DNA of 61,676 nt, filler included, from Sphacelaria rigidula (Eukaryota), in assembly GCA_964200075.2 (NCBI GenBank). It is 10 parts of 10 records of this genome, joined end to end, with 100 filler letters (N's around TTAATTAATTAA, not from the genome) between each part and the next. Parts side by side here need not be neighbours in the genome. Positions count along the whole stretch, not along the records: positions 49,423 to 55,499 come from CAXNAA020022396.1; positions 55,600 to 61,676 come from CAXNAA020022397.1; 8 more parts are not named here. One strand, written 5' to 3'. Below, in pieces: positions 49,423-61,676 of the stretch. Each line of letters begins with the position of its first letter. Position 1 is the first letter of the stretch. The position numbers and the translations under genes are program-made. The notes under the pieces were generated by a model. That model was given only the letters and a program-made list of their open reading frames with translations. It ran no database searches and was not told where the DNA came from.

Positions 49423-49773
49423 CGTTTTGTAGCCGATGGTTACGAACTCGTACCCACCAAACAATGGGACGAAAAACTTCGCGCAAAGCAACAACCGCTC
49501 CCAAAAGGTGCTTACTTGTGGTATAAGGGCAGCGATTACCTCTGGTGGCCAGGTCAGATCCATTCCGTCGATGCCCTCGCAGTCGACACGTACATCGTGC
49601 GTTTCCTCGACGACCCTGGCCCATTTCAGACCAAGCTTCGCTCCGATTTTTACACGACCAGCCCTTCCGCACCCCGCGGTCCTTGGTGTCTACAACGCTT
49701 CAAGTCACACGGATTACGTCGAGGTCTTCAGCGCAGTATCGATCGTACACACGACATCAATGCACGATCTTGA
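49423..49773 (+). CDS. C-terminus of a probable LTR-retrotransposon polyprotein with a PWWP/Tudor-like domain (open from contig start)
   Basis: Stop-free frame ...KGAYLWYKGSDYLWWPGQI...TYIVRFLDD... resembles the PWWP consensus VWAK..GYPWWPA.I...Y.V.FF; followed by 3' UTR, PPT and LTR. Confidence 0.65.
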   Translation, partial: RFVADGYELVPTKQWDEKLRAKQQPLPKGAYLWYKGSDYLWWPGQIHSVDALAVDTYIVRFLDDPGPFQTKLRSDFYTTSPSAPRGPWCLQRFKSHGLRRGLQRSIDRTHDINARS

Positions 49774-50363
49774 GTTCTATCTCTTCGCACTCCCTTTTAA
49801 CGCGATCTGTGTCTCCCCTCCAACTTTTGTTCTGGTCCTTCCTTCGTCCCCCTCAGGTACGCTCTACTCTTCACTGCTTCACCTACGCTGGCTCTCCTAT
49901 CGCGGCTCATCTATGTCCTCATCAACTCCTTCGGCGCCTTCTTCTGGAGCCCTTCGCCCCCTTCCATTGGCCCCTACGCTGCCGCCGCTTTGTCTGTCTG
50001 ACACTCGACCCTGTTTGGATCTTTGAGTTTTGTGTCTTGCGTAAATTGCCACTGTGTCCTTTGCGGGGTTTTGCTTTGCTTTCTATTTAGCTAGCGCGTC
50101 CAAGCATTGTGTGCTTTTCCCAGCAGCATTGTGTGCTCCTGCGCAGTCAATCGCAATTGCGTAATTGCGCTTCTTGAGGCACCTTTGGGTTTCTCTGCTT
50201 CGAGGTGTGGGAGGATCGGGTACCAGGCTGGTCATTGCCCTCTTGTTTTTGTTTTTGTTTTTCGCGTTGTCTCCTCATGACTTAATGGGTGAGACAAGCC
50301 TCAATTTTAGTTGCTCCTGAGATTTCATCGCAACTCAAATAGAGGTTCGTCTGGGTGGGTGAG

Positions 50364-51040
50364 TGTCATGAGGAAGGAAGATAGAGAGGCGCTATTTGTT
50401 CCTTCAGACAGTTTTGGGGCAGGTTGGCTCACAGATCACTTGATCCAGCCATGGGAATGCTTCCGAAGTTCTGGGAAAAGTTGATGTACAGGCTGCGTTC
50501 TAGGGAAGATTAGTGTGCAGGCTGAGATACCCTGGCCCCGAGGAGGCAAACGCCTTCTCGGGTCGAATTCAGATAGGTTGCGTCGCATGTACCCATGCAT
50601 CCTTGCTCACTCTTGAGCTATCCTTCGAGCCGGACCATCTGCTCTTACTGCTTACCACTGGTGAGAAAAGTGTGCTGGGCGATCACGGGGATAATCAGTG
50701 AGAGTTAAAAAGATATCAAGTCTTTGAGCTCCTTTTGTTGTTGCTACTGTGACCAACAGTTACGGGAACCTGCACGTGTGCATTTGCAGCTAGCTTTACT
50801 CGGACACCTGGTGCGTTTGTGCACCTACTCAAGCCTGCAGCACACTGATCATAGTTAGGAAGGCGTTGGACTTTGTGTCTCGCTCCATCTATATCACAGC
50901 AGGTCAATACATATACCCTGTACGCGAGTCAACATATACACGATATGATACGAATCAAGTGCGTACGGTACATTAATCGCGCTGGACAGTTTGTAAATAA
51001 AGCAAGCTAGATTCTGTATACAGACCAAGTCATGCTACGA
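50364..51040 (+). repeat. Probable 3' LTR
   Basis: Purine-rich gggtgggtgag (50353-50363) directly before TGTCATGA; AATAAA near 50996; right end approximate. Confidence 0.55.
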
Positions 51041-52133
51041 TGGAGCGGGGGTATTTTGGGCCATTTTCTCCCACGAAACTCCACTTCATTCGCCGTTAAA
51101 AGCAGCCAACAATTGCTCGAACGCGCTTGCTTCCGATAATTAACGCTCATTCATACCGCTTTGCACCATTTTTCCCGATATACAAGCGCACCGCGGGTGT
51201 TTTAGGTCGTTTGACGCATCTATGGGCACATTTTTTCGTGGAATTGAACACCCCCCCTCTATCGTAGCATGGCCCGGCCCATGTGTTGAAAACAGTAACG
51301 GAACCTCATACCAATTTCGACATACTTGCAAACCATGCGCTATGGTGTATTATACAGAAAATATCTCCTTGAATAACGTTTTCAGAACATTACTCGTACT
51401 TGCTTACAGTCAACAAAAGGATATACGTACCATGTTTCATCGCCATGCTACCGGTCAACCATTTCTTTGCTAACATTGTGCCATGTTGTAGTGGCGTTCG
51501 TTGGTCTCGTTTCGTCCGTTCTCAGTATTGATGTTGTAGCTGTAGTAGCGTTCGTTGATCTCGTTCGGTCCGATCTCGGCGGTGTTGTAGTATAGCTGCT
51601 CCCCTCATTCCGCGCTCCCACTCGGTCGTAGTTGCTGCAGCAAGTAGTAGTGATGTAAAACCCTGAAAGGTGAAGTAGTGCGACCTCATCGCACGAAGTG
51701 TTCCGTTTCAAATGAAACGCGGAAAGATATTTTGATGTGGCGATGCTGTGTTACGTCCTGTGCTTCGAAATGAGTGATGTTTCTGGCGATGCTGAAGTGT
51801 GCTAAAGACGTGTCTCTGGATACGGGCTTCTTGATAGTGGATGCTGTCCTCAGGCTTGATGGGTTCGCTTGGAATGGTTGCTTCTTGAAACAGCAGGTGA
51901 TCTTCATTTGTAGTCGTGGTGATCGTGTTGGCTGGTGGAGAGTTTCTGCACCGCGCACTTCGCGTTCGATGTTCCTTGGGGATTGAATTGCCCCGCTTTT
52001 CCCGTGAGCAGGTGGGGTATTTAGAACTTGCTGCATTACTGATGAATTTGCTTTCTTGATGCCAAGTACTTCTTTATATACCCTGTTGCTGTATTTATTT
52101 ACTATGCCGGAACTGCCCTGGTGTGGTACCTTG

Positions 52134-52134
<1 letters not shown>

Positions 52135-52210
<76 letters not shown>

Positions 52211-52248
52211 ATGATGATGATGATGATGATGATGATAATGATGATGAT
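52135..52248. repeat. Compound microsatellite (GCT)n(GAT)n
   Basis: Directly visible. Confidence 0.95.
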
Positions 52249-52479
52249 CTTCTTGTACTGTAATTTTTACCCCTTCTTATTTTCCCCCGTGAACCGCACG
52301 GTATTGTCACGGTTCTGCCGGAAGGTGTCGAAGGTGGTTCGGCTGTCTTGACTGCTTCTGTCGATTTGGTGTCCGGGGGAGGTCAAGCTGCTGATACTGC
52401 TGTGCCCATCCCCATATTCCCCGGACACCACCTTTCTCGTAAATGCTGACCTGGTGTTTGTGTTGAAGTTTCCTGAGTC

Positions 52480-53700
52480 CCGATTAATTTTCATGTTGAT
52501 GAAGTGGAGCGTGCCGTTGCTGTTTCCGGTGTCCATTGGAATTTTGAATTTTCCAAGATCGGCCTGAGCGTCGACGAAGAACACGGTTCAGACCCCCTTT
52601 GTCAGTGCTTCAACTGGCGAGAAACGATATTTCCCCAAGCCCGAAACAATCATGGCTGGAAGGCGGACAGAGTGCTGATTGCCCTGCTGGTCACAGGCAA
52701 TAGAACGGAGGACCAATTTTTCTGTTCCGCTAAGTAGATGCCATCCTGCTGCAAGGATTCTCATGGGAGGACCGAGTTTCACATAGCCAAATATCTCCTC
52801 TTCAATATTGGGCACTAGCTGATCGTCCAAGTAATAGTGGCTGGCCCCGGAATCACATACCATCTGGAATGGTATAGAAACCGGTGTCCGAGAGTTGTCC
52901 TTGTTCACAAGATCATAAAAAATACTGAAGCCTATGCCGCTTTGTAGCGAGCATGTGTCAGTCACTGTTGATGCTGAATGTCCGCTAGTATCTGGAACTT
53001 CGATGCTGCATGGTACAGTTGTAGTTGCAGGATCCACGGTAACAGTGTTTGCCTCGGCGTTGTTGTCTGTCGAAGTTGTCTATCGAAGTTGTTGCCGCTA
53101 ATATTATTGTCGTTGCTATCGTTGATGTTGTTGTCATCGTTATTGTTGCTCTTGTTGTAATAGTTGTCGCTCCTGCCGTTGTTCTTGTAAGCACAACCGG
53201 TGGTGATTTGACTCTTGCATATGGAGTTGTCGTGATTATCGGTACGATGAAGACTGCACCACTTCACAGGTCTGTTCCTGCCGTTTGAGTGTCTTCTAGA
53301 ACGACAGTCACGCATATCGTGATCGGGTTTCGCACAGGAATAACATTTTCCCGCAAATCTTGTAGGCGTTGCAGATAAATCAAGCAGCGATGCCGCTATC
53401 ATGTCGGGATCACGACCACGTACCCCTATTGACATAACACCGCGTGCAACGCGATTGGAGTACATGTTCCTCACGGTGACTTCAATGTCGGAGATGCTGA
53501 AGTCAGGATTGCGCTCGGCATCATACTTTATGCTGTCGTACTCTTTGGTCAAACCCTTCACCACGATGTCCGTCAGTCTTTCATCTGAGATGGGCTCACC
53601 CATGTACACTAGCTGCTCACGAAGTTTATTGACCTTGGCCAGAAACATGTTGTTGGAAATATTTGTGGCTCGTGGTGTTAGGTACTGTTCTCCAAACAGA
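52480..53700 (-). mobile_element. Ty1/Copia gag-protease remnant
   Basis: Gag FLAKVNKLREQL..MGEPISDERLTDIVVKGLTKEYDSI, zinc knuckle CYSCAKPDHDMRDC, WCSLH...H....C, protease MVCDSGASHYY; frameshift near 53000; no integrase core or RT seen. Confidence 0.85.
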
Positions 53701-56127
53701 CCGACTACCGTCGCAGAGACAGCAGTATAGCAGAGGTTGCACAGTAGTAGTCAAACCACCTACTTCTGCAGCAGACAGAAAGTCCAAAGACAAAAATGGT
53801 CTTTGGGGCTCTTCACTTCGGTCGAACAAAATCAAGGCAGCCTCTTTTGCAAGCAGAGTGCTAAGGAAATGAAGAAAAGCTGGGTAAGCTTGGTAAGCTT
53901 GGGAGAGTGATTGCAAGGGCGATAGAAACCACCGATTACAAACATGCTCACTCCTGAAAGAAGAATCAAACACTCTACACGTACGTAGGGTCTAATCGTA
54001 TCATTCAATTCAACTCCGCTACTGGTGACGCGATAGCCTCGTCAGATCTTCAGCTTGGATCAACTGCAAACTTGCACACAAGATATGTTTCAGCGTACGT
54101 GGCGTGAATGAATACTCTGCTCGAGTATCTTTCATTGACAAATCATGGCAGCACGCCTACTCCAGCATTATTATACTCGAAGCGTCATTAAAACAGGTAA
54201 GCTATAAATAAACACAACAGAGGTACTCTCCGTGAAACGGATGCTAATGAAAGGGTCTTCCGTGGTTCGTTGTTTCGTTGAAGCGTAATAGACTGTACCG
54301 CTATCTTGTGTTGCAACGACTTCATTCAAACACAATGAATATAGACTGCATCGTCTAGATTTTTGCAATATCTTCCCATGAATGAGACATGTTGCCACCA
54401 AAGGTAGTAGTGAACTCAGCACACTAAGTGTAGTAGTAAGAAATGCAGCAGACGAGAATAAACAACGTGTATCAACTGTTGTTTCATCCTCATTTCATAC
54501 TGTACTGTCAATCGTTTCGACAAACGTCAGTCCAAACTAATTATACCTGAAAACGTTCACCCGCATGCACACGTATGTGTGTGCACCTTTCGCATAGGCA
54601 TCAAATTTCATGAGCCCTGTAAAAACAAATTCCTTGACTCTTGAAGAAAGAACGAAAAATAATAATGTGCACCGCAGTTCTCCCGAACGTTCTGTGAACC
54701 GTACAGTTACATTTGACATCAGATGCCCTATACTCTGCCTTCCTGTGTGACTGTGTCCTAACCCTGTGTTTGACCTCGGCTGGTGCGCCCATGTATATAT
54801 ATATAAAAAGATTATATGATAATATATAGTATATATGTATATATGTACACATACCGAAAGGTGTAGACCGGCGTCAAGAATAGATGGGACGACAACACGT
54901 ACCCAGTGAAATTGCCGAAAAAAACATCGTTCCCACAAAATATCAACTCGCAAGTTGCTACTTGACACTAGAGTTGAACCACAGGGGTCACTGCATGCAC
55001 TTCTGTTGTATGCAGCACATATCCCCTGAAAATTGTATAGCGTATCATACATATGCCCTCAATAAAATCAAGGCGAAAAGAAATCATGCACAGTACATGT
55101 TATACGCAACACATGCGGTTTACTGTACTGTCCTATAATGCACGACAATCCTGTTGTATGCACAGGCATTTTTCACCTGTGCACCGATAATCAATCATGC
55201 TTAGCAGCATCTACGTAAAATAGCAAGCATAACAAAAGTAATATGCACACTTTACTGGTGTGTCTTCGCTGTGTTGCTTTTTCTGCCCCAACGCTTATGA
55301 GCGGGACTGTGGCAGCTGGTTTATACTCGACCTCAAAACATATGGGCGTAGTGCGCAATCAAAACTTCTGTACAAAGATTGATAAACGAACTCATGTAAG
55401 GAAGGCGTATCGCTAGAGTAGTCAGAGACCTCCGGGGGGAGACTGCCGTCCTGATTCCGAAGGAACTCCGAGCTGGCGATGACTTCCTCTTGTATATGTN
55501 NNNNNNNNNNNNNNNNNNNNNNNNNNNNNNNNNNNNNNNNNNNTTAATTAATTAANNNNNNNNNNNNNNNNNNNNNNNNNNNNNNNNNNNNNNNNNNNNG
55601 TGGGTGTGTGGGTGGGGGGGGGGGGGGGGGGTGGGGTGTGGGGGGGGGGGGGGGGGGGGGGGGGGATACTCATGGTCTTGCATGTCGTAGCCATAAGGCC
55701 AATGACCTCACATCCTTACAAAGCCGGGGCGGAGCACAAAGGGTTTTCGTCGGACCAGCCTCGGGGGGAAGGAGGGGGGGTGAGTTGTACAAGCGAAGCG
55801 CAATTTGATAGTTTGCCTTTGACTGATCCGGTACAGATCATTTGCTCGGGCCACAATCAACGAAACGCGGCACGGAAGGAGGCTAGGCTTCTGGTACTCT
55901 GCTGCGTGTGACTCCGGCGAGAAAGGCGATGCTGGCACCACGGGAAACTTTGGGTAATGTTGAGAACAGGTGAAACGGAAGAGAGCACGTGCTGTGCACC
56001 CGTTCTCACCCGAAATACATTCTATAAATAATACGGCACACTGATCCGCGGAAGAGCACAGCTGGGTGGAAGACGGGATGACACCCGCTCACAAGCGTTT
56101 TTTTGGTCGAAATGAAATATCCTTCAC

Positions 56128-56244
56128 CTGCTCAATATCTGCAGACGGTGGGGGCAAGCTCTCGTCGATTGCCTGAGAGAACATCTTGACGTAGCGCCCG
56201 GCGTTGCCGACAATGTTTTCCGTGAATTCCGAGTCATTGCGAAA
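56128..56244 (-). CDS. MCM7: DNA replication licensing factor MCM7, exon 3
   Basis: gtgcag|FRNDSEFTENIVGNAGRYVKMFSQAIDESLPPPSADIEQ|gtgaag; matches the N..RY..LF..A...LP segment of the MCM7 N-terminus; phase 0. Confidence 0.85.
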
Positions 56245-56921
56245 CTGCACACAGAAGCAATAACGGCGGTACGGAGGGTACACAAACAGCAACGCGGGGG
56301 AAGAGGCGAAAATACATCAACGCGGGCGAAAAGATATCGGCGAAACGGGAGGATACTACGAAGCGCGGGCAAGCTATGCATGAGCCTCGAATACAACGAG
56401 AGGGGCAGCACGGTGTTGATCAAGAAGGAGTTGAAGCCTTTCCGACTCGCGTCGCCGATGGCGCAAGGGACAAGCGGGAAGGAGGGGGTACAGACGGCAA
56501 CGATAACCCTATTGATAGCATGCCTCAACAGGCAGTGTGCACAGCTATGCTCGGTGTTGAACGACGTGTTAAACGACGCGTTACACACGAGTGCAAACAA
56601 CCACCAGAATGTCGAAACCATTCCAGTGTTGCGTTTAGCTCGTTTCTGACAAAAAAAATGCAGAAGCAAATACTCGAGAAATCACAAAACCCCGCTCGCA
56701 TTTCTTCATTTTCCATTCAAAATCCTCCCTTGCTGCGTACGACCTATATGTCATCGGTTTTCTTCCCCAAAGTGGTATTGTTGGGATCACCCCGAGGGGG
56801 GGTATAACGCCCCCTTCTGTAGTGCACGACAGCAGACCAAACAGTAGTCGTTCATGAAAACGATCACTAGTTGTTGGTCGATTACTCCAGGAATATCTAG
56901 TGACTGCGGAATAATGCTCAC

Positions 56922-57020
56922 CGCGAGTACATCATCAACCTCGATTTCGACGACCGTTCCCTCCCGGTTGACCACTTTCTGCATGATGTCCATGTACTTG
57001 CGACTGTCTTCTCCGAGTTC
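56922..57020 (-). CDS. MCM7: MCM7, exon 2
   Basis: ctgactaacaag|ELGEDSRKYMDIMQKVVNREGTVVEIEVDDVLA|gtgagc; KY...L..VA.RE.....I.LDD pattern; phase 0. Confidence 0.85.
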
Positions 57021-57405
57021 CTTGTTAGTCAGCCCAAATGTCCACAAAAAAAAAAGTCAAACATAGGAAAATGCAAACGGGGTAGACGAAAAAAATGATG
57101 GGAGCATGCAAAAATAAAAAAAGCGGCGTTGGCGACTCAACAGAGCTCCAGTCAGATATGTGAAAAATAACGCAAAATCTCAGAACAGTTCTCGTAAGCA
57201 CAGCGTTTTTTTCCTTCTTCTTCTCTCTCGTCATACTTCTGCGCTATCATATCTTCCTCGGGACGACTCCGTAATCTCAATGGAGTGACCCATCTCTCCT
57301 TCCAGTACATGCCTGGTACGTTGTCTCTCGCCGGTTGAATAAGCATTCTGGCACCGCGTCGACTCGCGCGTCAGACTGTCACGGCGCACATCATAACGTT
57401 CTTAA

Positions 57406-57764
57406 TAGAGCTCGGAAATGGTATGTCTAACAATTAACCAGTTAAATGGTTACGCGTAGCACACTTATTAACCAGTGAAACAGTACATAACTATTTGGTC
57501 ATCGAGCGGCGCAGCCGCGGGCCAAAAAGCTCTCCCCGACAGAGGGGCCCTGCGCCGGAGGCACGCTTTTACGCGATTTGGCTTCACTGGAGCTAAAGAA
57601 TACGTGAAATTCGGGCCAATTTTCAAAGGCTGTATGTAGCCTACGTAGCCGATGACGGAAAATAATGGTTCGAAACCATTATCGAAAATTTTCATATTAT
57701 CATTACCATTATCACCAATATAATGACAATGTCCAGTTATAACTGGTACCATTTCCGAGCTCTA
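57406..57764 (+). mobile_element. hAT-type MITE (same family as 24936-25321) in MCM7 intron 1
   Basis: TIRs tagagctcggaaatggt / accatttccgagctcta; flanks gttcttaa/gcttttaa (6/8); interior colinear with the other copy. Confidence 0.88.
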
Positions 57765-58766
57765 GCTTTTAATGACGGAAATGAGATACACCCTGCAAAA
57801 AACAAGTGTTGAGTATCGAGTACTCAACTCCGCCGTACCCAGCTCGAAGGTGTACCAGTTACGGACCAAGGGGGCACGGGCGTGACTAGCCGTCCATGGT
57901 GATTGCTTTTTGTCCATGGCTGCCGTACATTGACTCATCTCCGAGGAATCCATGTGTGGTCATTATCCAAAAAATGGACGGAACGTGCACAAGGCGAACG
58001 AAACGGAAACAGTCGCAAAGAGGAAACTCGACAGAGAAAAATAATGATGAAAAAAAGAAGAAGGATAAAAACAAATGGAGTAGCTTAAGCAGAAAAAACG
58101 AGAGCATGAACAGAACACTGGAATAAAAAAGAAGGAAAAAAAATATATATATAAATAAATATATATTCTTCTCATTTGTTTTCTTGTTTTATTTTCTTGT
58201 ACGGCCTCCTTAGCTAAAGACACACTGCAAAGGCCGTTCATCTCTCTCTCTCTTTCTCTCTCTTTCACTCGAGACGGGTATACTATGGATCTATTTCGTC
58301 GTTTTTTTCTGTTTTTTCTTCTTCCGGCTCATTTCTTTTCATCACCTTTTTTGTTATTTCTTTCGCTGTCTCTCGTTGTTTTAGTTTACTCCTCCCTACC
58401 TTTCTTTTTTCAATCTTTCCGCCCTGTCGAGTTTTTTTCGGCCAGCGTTTTCGTTTTATTCCCATCAAAAGTACGCCGACCCCGTACCTCTGGCTAGATT
58501 TCTCAACGATCACATAATTATGTGAAATCAACCTGTCAGCCCGATCAATCAAACGCCACCGGGAGACTTTGGTGGTGGCCTGAGAAATGCTGTTTTGTCA
58601 TCAGAAAACGCATGAAAGGCATTACAAACACATGCCCACAATGCACACAAGCGACGAGGTTCTTGTAAGAGCAGAAGCTGCCTCGTACGTACAATGTACA
58701 CAGCTTGATGATCAGCGAAGTAGCACGCAAGCTACGTACTTTTCGAGAAGACATGCTAGGACACAC

Positions 58767-58850
58767 CTGAAAGCCTGTCAGGAACTCTTTGCATTTTTGC
58801 AGCTCTTCTCCGAAGTTTGGGTAGCCACTGTTGTCGGCGCCCCCATCCAT
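58767..58850 (-). CDS. MCM7: MCM7, exon 1
   Basis: MDGGADNSGYPNFGEELQKCKEFLTGFQ|gtgtgt; E..K.K.FL..F pattern of MCM7; phase 0 join to exon 2. Confidence 0.82.
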
Positions 58851-61170
58851 CTTTCGGAGGCGTGTATTCTATAGATTGTGATGCTTCGCGGGGGGTTTCT
58901 TCCACTGGGTTGTTCCCACTCGGTCCGTCCGTTCGTCCTGCTATCCTTCACCGGACGGTGTCGACGACCAGCTCCTCTTGACCTTTTTTGACGGTGTTTC
59001 AAATGCGTAAACACAGGGCGACTTTCAGGTGGTTCATAGTTGCGCTTCACTATAATAGTGAAAACTGTGGTGACTCTGGTATTTCTTTTTTGAGAGAACT
59101 TAGATTTCAGCACAACCATAGAGTTATGTGTGCACGTGTGAGTACCGCCCGACTTTTCCTCCAGTGAAACCTCACTTGATGAAATATTACGTACATGTTC
59201 ATGCTTAAGCCATGAACGTCCTTGTGTATTTAACGTGAAGAACTGGTGGCTTCATCTGACGGAGGACCACACGTCCATGATACGCAACAGTTTGGCACAG
59301 AGTGCAGACAAGTTTCAAGACCCACGAGGTGAACAACTGGATATTCAAAGATCGCTTTCCGACCAAGGTGGTCTTCAGAGCTGTTCTCGCTTACCGTATA
59401 CAGAGTGCACTGCACCGCACGGTACTTTATTTGGCGGTATTACTGCAGTACAGTACACGGTGTGCAGTCCCTGTAAAGTGCGGTGCACCGCGGGGTGGTG
59501 TTTGGATATCTCGGTTTTGCTTGGTAATATGGTATTTGGTGTTCCGTAACTGTGGGGGGTGGGGATGGGTGTTCCGCAACTGTGGGAGTTTTCGTGTATC
59601 GTGCTTTTTAATTCTATTTTTTTCTATTTTGGGGAACCGATGGTCAGATTCAGCGTTTGCTTTATTTTCTGGCTGTTGCTCTCTTGGCTGCTCTGACGTT
59701 TCCTCTGGGGTGCGAGATTTGTTGTAGCTTTTTTGTACACCGTATGTCGAAAGGATGTGTGCTCAAGTGCTCGTACAGTGCGGTGCGGTGTCGAACGACT
59801 ACTACGGTGGGTAAGCTATGACGACTGCAGCTACCTCGGTGGTCGGAAACCTTGGTACCCTCCCGCGGTGTTTGCACTCTCCCGTATGTCATACAAATGA
59901 TCTCCTGCTCTGCATGGACGTCACGTACACGCTTGTAGATGAATTAAGACATTGATACCCCCATAATTATCGCGTAGATACAAGAAGAAATTTCACGGGT
60001 ACGGCATTGGCGAAAAGCAGACACCGGCAAAATCTGGACCACAAAATATGGCACAGACGCGGACCCCATCGCATACAATTTAGTTGCTTCATGTTCACCA
60101 TCATGAAGTCACACATCATCCAGAACTTTATGTGGTATTGTGTGCCATAATCAAGTGAAACTTGAGGTATTTTGAGGGTAGGTAATAATGACTTACGGTG
60201 CGGAAAGGCGCGGAACAGGTGACCAACGGCGCTGGACGGTGCCAAGGATTTGGGGTACGGTGTTGGCAGTAAGCGGGAAATACAAGCTTGCGATACCGCA
60301 GCCCGATACGGTTACGGATTATGCCAACTACGCGGTAGCGCGGGTAGTGTAAAAAAATTAACACTCACGATACACCGCGGTAAAGTGACGGCGTTAAACG
60401 TACCGAGCACAGCCCTAGTTTTCTTGTATCTCTAACAGCCTGCCGTCACAAGAAATGGTAACATATATTTGTTCGTGATTTGCTCAGAAAAAAAAAGCGA
60501 TTTCAAGTCATTTTGCGAGTTGTACTCCCAAGCTCTATTGCAGTCCACATATTTCACCATATCGTCATCTCCTAAGGGAGGTTTCCTACAACGCAGTGCG
60601 TCGACCGCAACGAAGACATTTAGCTCTCTGATGAAGTGGACGTTGCATCAATCGTGGCGGGTACCCACCACCAATGCTACCTTCTACAGTTACTCAACCA
60701 GTTGACTGTATCCACTCACCCAGCATGTAGAAAGAATACACGTACCGTGACCTACATCTGGTCTACTGATACAGGGTACCCGTGATGGAGATTACAAACT
60801 AGAGGGAAACGTGTTAGTAGCCTAGGACAAAGATGGGCAGAAGATGAAATACGAAGTACATTTTCCCAGCAGGCAACCCCGCCGTTATTCGCTCGCTGTA
60901 CCTAACCAAACTGGCTTTTTACCCTGCTGGCCACGACTCGCTGCACGCCAGTGTTCTAGCGCCGGCCTCTTGTATGTTGGTTTGCACGTCACGTTGTTCA
61001 CGCAGCCAAGCTGCTACCTTCTGGTTCACACACGGCACAAAAAGAACACCTAGTATCGCCGCTGTGGTTTGGTTCAATATCGCACATATCGGAGTTATCG
61101 CGCAGGGGTTTGCGCTGAATAGCAGAGTCAAATGATTTTATTTAATTTCCGGGGAAGTGTTGGGGTTGTT

Positions 61171-61346
61171 GCACATATCGGAGTCATCGTAAATGTCGGA
61201 GTCATCGTATATATCGGAGTCGCCGTATATATCGGAGTCATCATATATATCGGAGTCATTCATCAGAGTCACCGTATATATCGGAGTCACCGTATATATC
61301 GGTGTCACCGTACATATCGGAGTCACTGTACATATCGGAGTCATCA
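61171..61346. repeat. 18-bp minisatellite (gtatatatcggagtcacc), about 10 copies
   Basis: Directly visible; one isolated extra unit near 61082. Confidence 0.92.
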
Positions 61347-61676
61347 CACAGGGGTGCGAGAAAGTGAACAACGAACCGTACGGCTGTACTGACTGTCCTT
61401 GGGCTTTTGTTATTTATGCGTTTTTTTTTCATGAGTTTCAATTCATTTTTTTTTATTCTCAAATGTGAAAATTATCCGCCGATTTATAAGTATTTTGGCG
61501 AAATACGCGCGATTTATGCGCATTTTTCGTGTCCTTGAGGCGGTCCCTGGCGGCACCCCTCATGGAACGTACATTCCAGCATGCAAAAAAAAAAAAAAGC
61601 GCATGTAAAGCGAAGGCCCACCAACAAACAAAAACCAAACCGCCACAAAGATTAAAAAAAACAACATAAACACAAA

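Noticed and set aside
52121..52351. Poly-Leu/poly-Met ORF resembling a signal or membrane peptide
   Set aside because: Translation of the (GCT)n(GAT)n microsatellite
33582..58850. A single long minus-strand gene or replication gene cluster (MCM7 + DNA polymerase + unknown exons)
   Set aside because: The pieces lie on different, artificially joined contigs
61349..61561. hAT-like MITE caggggtgc...gcacccct (also a weak IR pair near 59401-59800)
   Set aside because: TIR short and imperfect, no convincing TSD and no second copy in the window

Overview
This is eukaryotic, repeat-rich nuclear DNA with GT-AG spliced genes and introns of 0.1-2 kb or more. GC level, intron style and transposon types suggest a stramenopile, probably a brown alga (inference). 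The window is NOT one locus. It is ten unrelated contigs (six of 6078 bp, then four of 6077 bp, i.e. sorted by size) joined by 100-nt N44-TTAATTAATTAA-N44 linkers, so nothing should be linked across the gaps. Recognisable host genes: the last two exons of an EngB/YihA-type GTPase (+), the first three exons of MCM7 (-), one exon of a family-A organellar DNA polymerase (POP-like, -), and a phase-compatible exon chain of unknown function (-). Most of the rest is mobile DNA: a decayed chromodomain Ty3/Gypsy element, the 3' end of an LTR element carrying a PWWP-like domain, a Ty1/Copia remnant, RTE-type LINE remnants, and several MITE/foldback families with readable TIRs and TSDs. The most unusual structure is a 1678-bp non-coding element (47213-48890) with perfect 17-bp TIRs and a perfect 8-bp TSD. 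It is built from about 26 units of a 42-43-bp dual-repeat/dual-spacer array in which two motifs are conserved and the spacers are of near-fixed length but unique in sequence.
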